From Eledone cirrhosa (Eukaryota), in assembly GCA_964016885.1 (NCBI GenBank), contig OZ024742.1:360220001-360284000 (forward strand): a DNA stretch of 64,000 nucleotides, written 5' to 3'. This document shows positions 1 through 15,000 of the stretch, piece after piece; within the stretch, counting starts at the first letter, position 1; each line of letters opens with the position of its first letter. Position numbers and translations under genes: made by a program. Below the pieces are notes generated by a model. The model was not told the origin of the DNA. It made no database searches and saw only the letters and a program-made list of their open reading frames with translations.

Positions 1-3000
1 ATCTCTCTTCTATAACACCCCATCAACGTCTATATAGTGGCAACACATCCAGTCACCTATACACAGTATCTCTCTTCTATAACACCCCATCAACGTCTAT
101 ATAGTGGTGAAAAAGCAAGGCACCCATACACAGTATCTCTCTTCTATAACACCCCATCAACGTCTATATAGTGGCAACACATCCAGTCACCTATACACAG
201 TATCTCTCTTCTATAACACCCCATCAACGTCTATATAGTGGTGAAAAAGCCAGGCACCCATACACAGTATCTCTCTTCTATAACACCCCATCAACGTCTA
301 TATAGTGGCAACACATCCAGTCACCTATACACAGTATCTCTCTTCTATAACACCCCAGCAACGTCTATATAGTGGTGAAAAAGCCAGGCACCCATACACA
401 GTATTTCTCTTCTATTATACCCCATCAACGTCTATATAGTGGTGACGCATCCAGTCACCCATACACAGTATCTCTCTTCTATAACACCCCATCAACGTCT
501 ATATACTGATGAAACAGCCAGTCACCCATACACAGTATCTCTCTTCTATTATACCCCATCAACGTCTATATAATGGTGACGCATCCAGTCACCCATACAC
601 AGTATCTCTCTTCTATAACACACCATCAACGTCTATATAGTGGTGAAACAGCCAGTCACCTATACACAGTGTCCCTCTTCCATAATACTCCATCAACGTC
701 TATATAGTGGTGAAACAGCCAGTCACCCATACACAGTATCTCTCTTCTATTATACCCCATCAACGTCTATATAATGGTGACGCATCCAGTCACCTATACA
801 CAGTATCTCTCTTCTATAACACCCCATCAACGTCTATATATTGGTGAAACAGCCAGTCACCCATACACAGTATCTCTCTTCTATTATACCCCATCAACGT
901 CTATATAGTGGTGACACATCCAGTCACCTATACACAGTATCTCTCTTCTATAACACCCCATCAACGTCTATATATTGGTGAAACAGCCAGTCACCCATAC
1001 ACAGTATCTCTCTTCTATTATACCCCTTCAACGTCTATATAGTGGTGACACATCCAGTCACCTATACACAGTATCTCTCTTCTATAACACCCCATTGACG
1101 TCTATATAGTGGTGAAAAAGCCAGTCACCCATACACAGTATCTCTCTTCTATAACCCCACATCAACGTCTAAATAGTGGTGACGCATCCAGTCACCCATA
1201 CACAGTATCTCTCTGCTATAACACCCAATCAACGACTATATAGTGGTCACACATCCAGGCACCCATACATAGTATCTCTCTTCTATAACACCCCATCAAC
1301 GTCTATATAGTGGTGAAACAGCCAGTCACGCATACACAGTATCTCTCTTCTATAACACCCCATCAACGTCTATATAGTGGTGAAACAGCCAGTCACCCAT
1401 ACACAGTATCTCTCTTCCATACTACCTCATCAACGACTATATAGTGGTGATAGAGCCACTCACCCATACACAGTATCTCTCTTCTATAACACCCCATCAA
1501 CGTCTATATAATGGTGACGCATCCAGTCACCTATACTCAGTATCTCTCTTCTATAACACCCCATCAACGTCTATATAGTGGTGAAACAGCCAGTCACCCG
1601 TTCACAGTATCTCCCTTCTATAACACCCCATCAACGTCTATATAGTGGTGACACATCCAGTCACCTATACACAGTATCATTCTTCTATAACACCCCATCA
1701 ACGTCTATATAGTGGTGAAACATCCAGTCACCCATACACAGTATCTCTCTTCTATAACACCCCATCAACGTCTATGTAGTGGTGAAACAACCAGATACCC
1801 ATACACCATATCTCTCTTCTATAATACCCCATCAACGTCTATATAGTGGTGACACATCCAGTCACCTATACACAGTATCTCTCTTCTATAACACCCCATT
1901 GACGTCTATATAGTGGTGAAACAGCCAGTCACCCATTCACAGTATCTCTGTTCTATAACACCCCATCAACATCTATATAGTGGTGTCACATCAAGTCACC
2001 TATACACAGTATCTCTCTTCTATAACACCCCATTCACGTCTATATAGTGGTGACACATCCAGTCACCCATACACAGTATCTCTCTTGTATAACACCCCAT
2101 CAACGTCTATATAGTGGCAACACATCCAGTCACCTATACACAGTATCTCTCTTCTATAACACCCCATCAACGTCTATATAGTGGTGAAAAAGCCAGGCAC
2201 CCATACACAGTATCTCTCTTCTATAACACCCCATCAACGTCAATATAGTGGTGATGCATCCAGTCACCCATACACAGTATCTCTCTTCTATAACACCCCA
2301 TCAACGTCTATATACTGATGAAACAGCCAGTCACCCATACAGAGTATCTCTCTTCTATAACACACCATCAACGTCTATATAGTGGTGAAACAGCCAGTCA
2401 CCTATACACAGTGTCCTTCTTCTATAATACTCCATCAACGTCTATATAGTGGTGAAACAGCCAGTCACCCATACACAGTATCTCTCTTCTATTATACCCC
2501 ATCAACGTCTATATAATGGTGACGCATCCAGTCACCTATACACAGTATCTCTCTTCTATAACACCCCATTGACGTCTATATAGTGGTGAAACAGCCAGTC
2601 ACCCATACACAGTATCTCTCTTCTATAACACCACATCAACGTCTATATAGTGGTGACGCATCCAGTCACCCATACACAGTATCTCTCTTCTATAACACCC
2701 CATCAACGTCTATATAGTGGTGAAGCATCCAGTCACCCATAAACATTATCTCTCTTCTATAACACCCAATCAACGACTATATAGTGGTCACACATCCAGT
2801 CACCCATACATAGTATCTCTCTTCTATAACACCCCATCAACGTCTATATAGTGGTGAAACAGCCAGTCACGCATACACAGTATCTCTCTTCTATAACACC
2901 CCATCAACGTCTATATAGTGGTGAAACAGCCAGTCACCCATACACAGTATCTCTCTTCCATACTACCTCATCAACGACTATATAGTGGTGATACAGCCAC

Positions 3001-6000
3001 TCACCCATACACAGTATCTCTCTTCTATAACACCCCATCAACGTCTATATAATGGTGACGCATCCAGTCACCTATACTCAGTATCTCTCTTCTATAACAC
3101 CCCATCAACGTCTATATAGTGGTGAAACAGCCAGTCACCCATTCACAGTATCTCTCTTCTATAACACCCCATCAACGTCTATATAGTGGTGACACATCCA
3201 GTTACCTATACACAGTATCATTCTTCTATAACACCCCATCAAAGTCTATATAGTGGTGAAACATCCAGTCACCCATACACAGTATCTCTCTTCTATAACA
3301 CCCCATCAACGTCTATATAGTGGTGAAACAGCCAGTCACCCAAACACAGTATCTCTCTTCTATAATACCACATCAACGTCTATATAGTGGTGAAACAGCC
3401 AGTCACCCATTCACAGTATCTCTGTTCTATAACACCCCATCAACATCTATATAGTGGTGTCACATCAAGTCACCTATACACAGTATCTCTCTTCTATAAC
3501 ACCCCATCAACGTCTATATAGTGGTGAAACAGCCAGTCACCCATACACATTATCTCTCTTCTATAACACCCCATCAACGTCTATATAGTGGTGAAACAGC
3601 CAGTCACCTATACACAGTATCTCTCTTCTATAACACCCCATCAACGTCTATATAGTGGTGAAACAGCCAGTCACCCATACACAGTATCTCTCTTCTATAA
3701 CACCCCATCAACGTCTATATAGTGGTGAAACAGCCAGTCACCTATACACAGTATCTCTCTTCTATAACACCCCATCAACGTCTATATAGTGGTGACGCAT
3801 CCAGTCACCCATACACAGTATCTCTCTTCTATAACACCCCATCAACGTCTATATACTGATGAAACAGCCAGTCACCCATACACAGTATCTCTCTTCTATA
3901 ACACACCATCAACGTCTATATAGTGGTGAAACAGCCAGTCACCTATACACAGTATCCCTCTTCTATAATACCCCATCAACGTCTATATAGTGGTGAAACA
4001 GCCAGTCACCCATACACAGTATTTCTCTTCTATTATACCCCATCAACGTCTATATAATGGTGACGCATCCAGTCACGTATACACAGTATCTCTCTTCTAT
4101 AACACCCCATCAACGTCTATATATTGGTGAAACAGCCAGTCACCCATACACAGTATCTCTCTTCTATTATACCCCATCAACGTCTATATAATGGTGACGC
4201 ATCCAGTCACCTATACACAGTATCTCTCTTCTATAACACCCCATCAACGTCTATATAGTGGTGAAACAACCAGTCACCCATACACCATATCTCTCTTCTA
4301 TAATACCGCTTCAACGTCTATATAGTGGTGACACATCCAGTCACCTATACACAGTATCTCTCTTCTATAACAACACATTGACGTCTATATAGTGGTGAAA
4401 CAGCCAGTCACACATACACAGTATCTCTCTTCTATAACACCCCATCAACGTCTATATAGTGGTGACACATCCAGTCACCTATACACAGTATCATTCTTCT
4501 ATAACACCCCATCAACGTCTATATAGTGGTGAAAGATCCAGTCACCCATACACAGTATCTCTCTTCTATAACACCCCATCAACGTCTATATAGAAGTGAA
4601 ACAGCCAGTCACCCAAACACAGTATCTCTCTTCTATAATACCACATCAACGTCTATATAGTGGTGAAACAGCCAGTCACCCATTCACAGTATCTCTGTTC
4701 TATAACACCCCATCAACATCTATATAGTGGTGTCACATCAAGTCACCTATACACAGTATCTCTCTTCTATAACATCCCATCAACGTCTATATAGTGGTAA
4801 AACAGCCAGTCACCCATACACAGTATCTCTCTTCTATAACACACCATCAACGTCTATGTAGTGGTGAAACAACCAGATACCCATACACCATATCTCTCTT
4901 CTATAATACCCCATCAACGTCTATATAGTGGTGACACATCCAGTCACCTATACACAGTATCTCTCTTCTATAACACCCCATTGACGTCTATATAGTGGTG
5001 AAACAGCCAGTTACCCATTCACAGTATCTCTGTTCTATAACACCCCATCAACATCTATATAGTGGTGACACATCAAGTCACCTATACACAGTATCTCTCT
5101 TCTATAACACCCCATCAACGTCTATATAGTGGTGAAACATCCAGTCACCCATACACAGTATCTCTCTTCTATAACACCCCATCAACGTCTATATAGTGGT
5201 GAAACATCCAGTCACCCATACACAGTATCTCTCTTCTATAACGCCACATCAACGTCTATATAGTGGTGACACATCCAGTCACCTATACACAGTATGTCTC
5301 TTCTATAATACCCCATTCACGTCTATATAGTGGTGACACATCCAGTCACCCATACACAGTATCTCTCTTCTATAACACCCCATCAACTTCTATATAGTGG
5401 CAACACATCCAGTCACCTATACACAGTATCTCTCTTCTATAACACCCCATCAACGTCTATATAGTGGTGAAAAAGCCAGGCACCCATACACAGTATCTCT
5501 CTTCTATAACACCCCATCAACGTCTATATACTGATGAAACAGCCAGTCACCCATACACAGTATCTCTCTTCTATAACACCCCATTGACGTCTATATAGTG
5601 GTGAAACAGCCAGTCACCCATACACAGTATCTCTCTTCTATAACCCCACATCAACGTCTATATAATGGTGACGCATCCAGTCACCTATACACAGTATCTC
5701 TCTTCTATAACACCCCATCAACGTCTATATAGTGGCAACACATCCAGTCACCTATACACAGTATCTCTCTTCTATAACACCCCATCAATGTCTATATAGT
5801 GGTGAAAAAGCCAGGCACCCATACACAGTATCTCTCTTCTATAACACCCCATCAACGTCTGTATACTGATGAAACAGCCAGTCACCCATACACAGTATCT
5901 CTCTTCTATAATACTCCATCAACGTCTATATAGTGGTGAAACAGCCAGTCACCCATACACAGTATCTCTCTTCTATTATACCCCATCAACGTCTATATAA

Positions 6001-9000
6001 TGGTGACGCATCCAGTCACCTATACACAGTATCTCTCTTCTATAACACCCCATCAACGTCTATATAGTGGTGAAACAACCAGTCACCCATACACCATATC
6101 TCTCTTCTATAATACCCCTTCAACGTCTATATAGTGGTGACACATCCAGTCACCTATACACAGTATCTCTCTTCTATAACACCCCATTGACGTCTATATA
6201 GTGGTGAAACAGCCAGTCACCCATACACAGTATCTCTCTTCTATAACACCACATCAACGTCTAAATAGTGGTGACGCATCCAGTCACCCATACACAGTAT
6301 CTCTCTGCTATAACACCCAATCAACGACTATATAGTGGTCACACATCCAGGCACCCATACATAGTATCTCTCTTCTATAACACCCCATCAACGTCTATAT
6401 AGTGGTGAAACAGCCAGTCACGCATACACAGTATCTCTCTTCTATAACACCCCATCAACGTCTATATAGTGGTGACGCATCCAGTCACCCATACACAGTA
6501 TCTCTCTTCTATAACACCCCATCAACGTCTATATACTGATGAAACAGCCAGTCACCCATACACAGTATCTCTCTTCTATAACACACCATCAACGTCTATA
6601 TAGTGGTGAAACAGCCAGTCACCTATACACAGTATCCCTCTTCTATAATACCCCATCAACGTCTATATAGTGGTGAAACAGCCAGTCACCCATACACAGT
6701 ATTTCTCTTCTATTATACCCCATCAACGTCTATATAATGGTGACGCATCCAGTCACGTATACACAGTATCTCTCTTCTATAACACCCCATCAACGTCTAT
6801 ATATTGGTGAAACAGCCAGTCACCCATACACAGTATCTCTCTTCTATTATACCCCATCAACGTCTATATAATGGTGACGCATCCAGTCACCTATACACAG
6901 TATCTCTCTTCTATAACACCCCATCAACGTCTATATAGTGGTGAAACAACCAGTCACCCATACACCATATCTCTCTTCTATAATACCGCTTCAACGTCTA
7001 TATAGTGGTGACACATCCAGTCACCTATACACAGTATCTCTCTTCTATAACACCCCATTGACGTCTATATAGTGGTGAAACAGCCAGTCACCCATACACA
7101 GTATCTCTCTTCTATAACACCCCATCAACGTCTATAAAGTGGTGACACATCCAGTCACCTATACACAGTATCATTCTTCTATAACACCCCATCAACGTCT
7201 ATATAGTGGTGAAAGATCCAGTCACCCATACACAGTATCTCTCTTCTATAACACCCCATCAACGTCTATATAGAAGTGAAACAGCCAGTCACCCAAACAC
7301 AGTATCTCTCTTCTATAATACCACATCAACGTCTATATAGTGGTGAAACAGCCAGTCACCCATTCACAGTATCTCTGTTCTATAACACCCCATCAACATC
7401 TATATAGTGGTGTCACATCAAGTCACCTATACACAGTATCTCTCTTCTATAACATCCCATCAACGTCTATATAGTGGTAAAACAGCCAGTCACCCATACA
7501 CAGTATCTCTCTTCTATAACACACCATCAACGTCTATGTAGTGGTGAAACAACCAGATACCCATACACCATATCTCTCTTCTATAATACCCCATCAACGT
7601 CTATATAGTGGTGACACATCCAGTCACCTATACACAGTATCTCTCTTCTATAACACCCCATTGACGTCTATATAGTGGTGAAACAGCCAGTCACCCATTC
7701 ACAGTATCTCTGTTCTATAACACCCCATCAACATCTATATAGTGGTGTCACATCAAGTCACCTATACACAGTATCTCTCTTCTATAACACCCCATCAACG
7801 TCTATATAGTGGTGAAACATCCAGTCACCCATACACAGTATCTCTCTTCTATAACACCCCATCAACGTCTATATAGTGGTGAAACATCCAGTCACCCATA
7901 CACAGTATCTCTCTTCTATAACGCCACATCAACGTCTATATAGTGGTGACACATCCAGTCACCTATACACAGTATGTCTCTTCTATAATACCCCATTCAC
8001 GTCTATATAGTGGTGACACATCCAGTCACCCATACACAGTATCTCTCTTCTATAACACCCCATCAACTTCTATATAGTGGCAACACATCCAGTCACCTAT
8101 ACACAGTATCTCTCTTCTATAACACCCCATCAACGTCTATATAGTGGTGAAAAAGCCAGGCACCCATACACAGTATCTCTCTTCTATAACACCCCATCAA
8201 CGTCTATATACTGATGAAACAGCCAGTCACCCATACACAGTATCTCTCTTCTATAACACCCCATTGACGTCTATATAGTGGTGAAACAGCCAGTCACCCA
8301 TACACAGTATCTCTCTTCTATAACCCCACATCAACGTCTATATAATGGTTACGCATCCAGTCACCTATACACAGTATCTCTCTTCTATAACACCCCATCA
8401 ACGTCTATATAGTGGCAACACATCCAGTCACCTATACACAGTATCTCTCTTCTATAACACCCCATCAACGTCTATATAGTGGTGAAAAAGCCAGGCACCC
8501 ATACACAGTATCTCTCTTCTATAACACCCCATCAACGTCTGTATACTGATGAAACAGCCAGTCACCCATACACAGTATCTCTCTTCTATAATACTCCATC
8601 AACGTCTATATAGTGGTGAAACAGCCAGTCACCCATACACAGTATCTCTCTTCTATTATACCCCATCAACGTCTATATAATGGTGACGCATCCAGTCACC
8701 TATACACAGTATCTCTCTTCTATAACACCCCATCAACGTCTATATATTGGTGAAACAGCCAGTCACCCATACACAGTATCTCTGTTCTATTATACCCCAT
8801 CAACGTCTATATAATGGTGACGCATCCAGTCACCTATACACAGTATCTCTCTTCTATAACACCCCATCAACGTCTATATAGTGGTGAAACAACCAGTCAC
8901 CCATACACCATATCTCTCTTCTATAATACCCCTTCAACGTCTATATAGTGGTGACACATCCAGTCACCTATACACAGTATCTCTCTTCTATAACACCCCA

Positions 9001-12000
9001 TTGACGTCTATATAGTGGTGAAACAGCCAGTCACCCATACACAGTATCTCTCTTCTATAACACCACATCAACGTCTAAATAGTGGTGACGCATCCAGTCA
9101 CCCATACACAGTATCTCTCTGCTATAACACCCAATCAACGACTATATAGTGGTCACACATCCAGGCACCCATACATAGTATCTCTCTTCTATAACACCCC
9201 ATCAACGTCTATATAGTGGTGAAACAGCCAGTCACGCATACACAGTATCTCTCTTCTATAACACCCCATCAACGTCTATATAGTGGTGAAACAGCCAGTC
9301 ACCCATACACAGTATCTCTCTTCCATACTACCTCATCAACGACTATATAGTGGTGATAGAGCCACTCACCCATACACAGTATCTCTCTTCTATAACACCC
9401 CATCAACGTCTATATAATGGTGACGCATCCAGTCACCTATACTCAGTATCTCTCTTCTATAACACCCCATCAACGTCTATATAGTGGTGAAACAGCCAGT
9501 CACCCATTCACAGTAGCTCTCTTCTATAACACCCCATCAACGTCTATATAGTGGTGACACATCCAGTCACCTATACACAGTATCATTCTTCTATAACACC
9601 CCATCAACGTCTATATAGTGGTGAAACATCCAGTCACCCATACACAGTATCTCTCTTCTATAACACCCCATCAACGTCTATATAGTGGTGAAACAGCCAG
9701 TCACCCAAACACAGTATCTCTCTTCTATAATACCACATCAACGTCTATATAGTGGTGAAACAGCCAGTCACCCATTCACAGTATCTCTGTTCTATAACAC
9801 CCCATCAACATCTATATAGTGGTGTCACATCAAGTCACCTATACACAGTATCTCTCTTCTATAACATCCCATCAACGTTTATATAGTGGTGAAACAGCCA
9901 GTCACCCATACACAGTATCTCTCTTCTATAACACCCCATCAACGTCTATGTAGTGGTGAAACAACCAGTCACCCATACACCATATCTCTCTTCTATAATA
10001 CCCCATCAACGTCTATATAGTGGTGACACATCCAGTCACCTATACACAGTATCTCTCTTCTATAACACCCCATCAACGTCTATATATTGGTGAAACAGCC
10101 AGTCACCCATACACAGTATCTCTGTTCTATTATACCCCATCAACGTCTATATAATGGTGACGCATCCAGTCACCTATACACAGTATCTCTCTTCTATAAC
10201 ACCCCATCAACGTCTATATAGTGGTGAAACAACCAGTCACCCATACACCATATCTCTCTTCTATAATACCCCTTCAACGTCTATATAGTGGTGACACATC
10301 CAGTCACCTATACACAGTATCTCTCTTCTATAACACCCCATTGACGTCTATATAGTGGTGAAACAGCCAGTCACCCATACACAGTATCTCTCTTCTATAA
10401 CACCACATCAACGTCTAAATAGTGGTGACGCATCCAGTCACCCATACACAGTATCTCTCTGCTATAACACCCAATCAACGACTATATAGTGGTCACACAT
10501 CCAGGCACCCATACATAGTATCTCTCTTCTATAACACCCCATCAACGTCTATATAGTGGTGAAACAGCCAGTCACGCATACACAGTATCTCTCTTCTATA
10601 ACACCCCATCAACGTCTATATAGTGGTGAAACAGCCAGTCACCCATACACAGTATCTCTCTTCCATACTACCTCATCAACGACTATATAGTGGTGATAGA
10701 GCCACTCACCCATACACAGTATCTCTCTTCTATAACACCCCATCAACGTCTATATAATGGTGACGCATCCAGTCACCTATACTCAGTATCTCTCTTCTAT
10801 AACACCCCATCAACGTCTATATAGTGGTGAAACAGCCAGTCACCCATTCACAGTATCTCTCTTCTATAACACCCCATCAACGTCTATATAGTGGTGACAC
10901 ATCCAATCACCTATACACAGTATCATTCTTCTATAACACCCCATCAACGTCTATATAGTGGTGAAACATCCAGTCACCCATACACAGTATCTCTCTTCTA
11001 TAACACCCCATCAACGTCTATATAGTGGTGAAACAGCCAGTCACCCAAACACAGTATCTCTCTTCTATAATACCACATCAACGTCTATATAGTGGTGAAA
11101 CAGCCAGTCACCCATTCACAGTATCTCTGTTCTATAACACCCCATCAACATCTATATAGTGGTGTCACATCAAGTCACCTATACACAGTATCTCTCTTCT
11201 ATAACATCCCATCAACGTTTATATAGTGGTGAAACAGCCAGTCACCCATACACAGTATCTCTCTTCTATAACACCCCATCAACGTCTATGTAGTGGTGAA
11301 ACAACCAGTCACCCATACACCATATCTCTCTTCTATAATACCCCATCAACGTCTATATAGTGGTGACACATCCAGTCACCTATACACAGTATCTCTCTTC
11401 TATAACACCCCATTGACGTCTATATAGTGGTAAAACAGCCAGTCACCCATTCACAGTATCTCTGTTCTATAACACCCCATCAACATCTATATAGTGGTGT
11501 CACATCAAGTCACCTATACACAGTATCTCTCTTCTATAACACCCCATCAACGTCTATATAGTGGTGAAACATCCAGTCACCCATACACAGTATCTCTCTT
11601 CTATAACACCCCTTCAACGTCTATATAGTGGTGAAACATCCAGTCACCCATACACAGTATCTCTCTTCTATAACACCACATCAACGTCTATATAGTGGTG
11701 ACACATCCAGTCACCTATACACAGTATGTCTCTTCTATAATACCCCATTCACGTCTATATAGTGGTGACACATCCAGTCACCCATACACAGTATCTCTCT
11801 TCTATAACACCCCATCAACGTCTATATAGAGGCAACATATCCAGTCACCTATACACAGTATCTCTCTTCTATAACACCCCATCAACGTCTATATAGTGGT
11901 GAAACAGCCAGGCACCCATACACAGTATCTCACTTCTATAACACCCCATCAACGTCTATATAGTGGTGACACATCCAGTCACCTATACACAGTATCTCTC

Positions 12001-15000
12001 TTCTATAACACCCCATCGACGTCTATATAGTGGTGAAAGAGCCAGTCACCCATACACAGTATCTCTCTTCTATAACACTCCATCAACGTCTATATAGTGG
12101 TGAAACAGCCAGTCACCCATACACAGTATCTCTCTTCTATAACACCCCATCAACGTCTATATAGAGGTGAAACATCCAGTCACCTATACACAGTATGTCT
12201 CTTCTATAATACCCATCAACGTCTATATAGTGGTGAAACATCCCGTCACCCATACACAGTATCTCTCTTCTATAACACCGAATCAACGTCTATATAGTGG
12301 TGACACATCCAGTCACCCATACACAGTATCTCTCTTCTATAACACCCCATCAACGTCTATATAATGGTGACGCATCCAGTCACCTATACACAGTATCTCT
12401 CTTCTATAACACCCCATCAACGTCTATGTAGTGGTGAAACATCCAGTCACCCATACACAGTATCTCTCTTCTATAACACCCCATCAACGTCTATATAGTG
12501 GTGACACATCCAGTCACCTATACACAGTATGTCTCTTCTATAATACCCCATTCACGTCTATATAGTGGTGACACATCCAGTCACCCATACACAGTATCTC
12601 TCTTCTATAACACCCCATCAACGTCTATATATTGGCAACACATCCAATCACCTATACACAGTATCTCTCTTCTATAACACCCCATCGACGTCTATATATT
12701 GGTGAAACAGCCAGTCACCCATACACAGTATCTCTCTTCTGTAACACTCCATCAACGTCTATATAGTGGTGAAACAGCCTGTCACCCATACATAGTATCT
12801 CTCTTCTATAACACCCCATCAACGTCTATATAGTGGTGAAACATCCAGTCACCTATACACAGTATCTCTCTTCTATAACACCCCATCAACGTCTATATAG
12901 TGGTGAAAAAGCCAGTCACCCATACACAGTATCTCTCTGCTATAACACCCAATCAACGACTATATAGTGGTCACACATCCAGGCACCCATACATTGTATC
13001 TCTCTTCTATAACACCCCATCAACGTCTATATAGTGGTGAAACAGCCAGTCACGCATACACAGTATCTCTCTTCTATAACACCCCATCAACGTCTATATA
13101 GTGGTGAAACATCCAGTCACCCATACACAGTATCTCTCTTCTATAACACCACATCAACGTCTATATAGTGGTGACACATCCAGTCACCTATACACAGTAT
13201 GTCTCTTCTATAATACCCCATTCACGTCTATATAGTGGTGAAACAGCCAGGCACCCATACACAGTATCTCACTTCTATAACACCCCATCAACGTCTATAT
13301 AGTGGTGACACATCCAGTCACCCATACACAGTATCTCTCTTCTATAACACTCCATCAACGTCTATATAGTGGTGAAACAGCCAGTTACCCATACACAGTA
13401 TCTCTCTTCTATAACACCCCATCGACGTCTATATATTGGTGAAACAGCCAGTCACCCATACACAGTATCTCTCTTCTATAACACCCATCAACGTATATAT
13501 AGTGGTGAAACAGCCAGTCCCCCATGCACAGTATCTCTCTTCTATAACACCCCATCAACGTCTATATAGAGGTGAAACATCCAGTCACCTATACACAGTA
13601 TGTCTCTTCTATAATACCCATCAACGTCTATATAGTGGTGAAACATCCAGTCACCCATACACAGTATCTCTCTTCTATAACACCGAATCAACGTCTATAT
13701 AGTGGTGACACATCCAGTCACCCATACACAGTATCTCTCTTCTATAACACCCCATCAACGTCTATATAATGGTGACGCATCCAGTCACCTATACACAGTA
13801 TCTCTCTTCTATAACACCCCATCAACGTCTATGTAGTGGTGAAACATCCAGTCACCCATACACAGTATCTCTCTTCTATAACACCCCATCAACGTCTATA
13901 TAGTGGTGACACATCCAGTCACCTATACACAGTATGTCTCTTCTATAATACCCCATTCACGTCTATATAGTGGTGACACATCCAGTCACCCATACACAGT
14001 ATCTCTCTTCTATAACACCCCATCAACGTCTATATATTGGCAACACATCCAATCACCTATACACAGTATCTCTCTTCTATAACACCCCATCGACGTCTAT
14101 ATAGTGGTGAAACAGCCAGTCACCCATACACAGTATCTCTCTTCTGTAACACTCCATCAACGTCTATATAGTGGTGAAACAGCCTGTCACCCATACATAG
14201 TATCTCTCTTCTATAACACCCCATCAACGTCTATATAGTGGTGAAACATCCAGTCACCTATACACAGTATCTCTCTTCTATAACTCCCCATCAACGTCTA
14301 TATAGTGGTGAAAAAGCCAGTCACCCATACACAGTATCTCTCTGCTATAACACCCAATCAACGACTATATAGTGGTCACACATCCAGGCACCCATACATA
14401 GTATCTCTCTTCTATAACACCCCATCAACGTCTATATAGTGGTGAAACAGCCAGTCACGCATACACAGTATCTCTCTTCTATAACACCCCATCAACGTCT
14501 ATATAGTGGTGAAACAGCCAGTCACCCATATACAGTATCTCTCTTCCATACTACCTCATCAACGACTATATAGTGGTGATAGAGCCACTCACCCATACAC
14601 AGTATCTCTCTTCTATAACACCCCATCAACGTCTATATAATGGTGACGCATCCAGTCACCTATACTCAGTATCTCTCTTCTATAACACCCCATCAACGTC
14701 TATATAGTGGTGAAACAGCCAGTCACCCATTCACAGTATCTCCCTTCTATAACACCCCATCAACATCTATATAGTGGTGTCACATCAAGTCACCTATACA
14801 CAGTATCTCTCTTCTATAACACCCCATCAACGTCTATATAGTGGTGAAACATCCAGTCACCCATACACAGTATCTCTCTTCTATAACACCCCATTAACGT
14901 CTATATAGTGGTGAAACATCCAGTCACCCATACACAGTATCTCTCTTCTAAAACACCACATCAACGTCTATATAGTGGTGACACATCCAGTCACCTATAC

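Noticed and set aside
62-89. RSS/Transib-like heptamer CACAGT(A/G) in each monomer
   Set aside because: No nonamer match at 12 or 23 bp spacing and no transposase in the window.
506-516. Satellite variant CTGATGAAAC as a hammerhead core
   Set aside because: CTGATGA overlaps GAAAC with no stem II or III; it is a two-base variant of GTGGTGAAAC.
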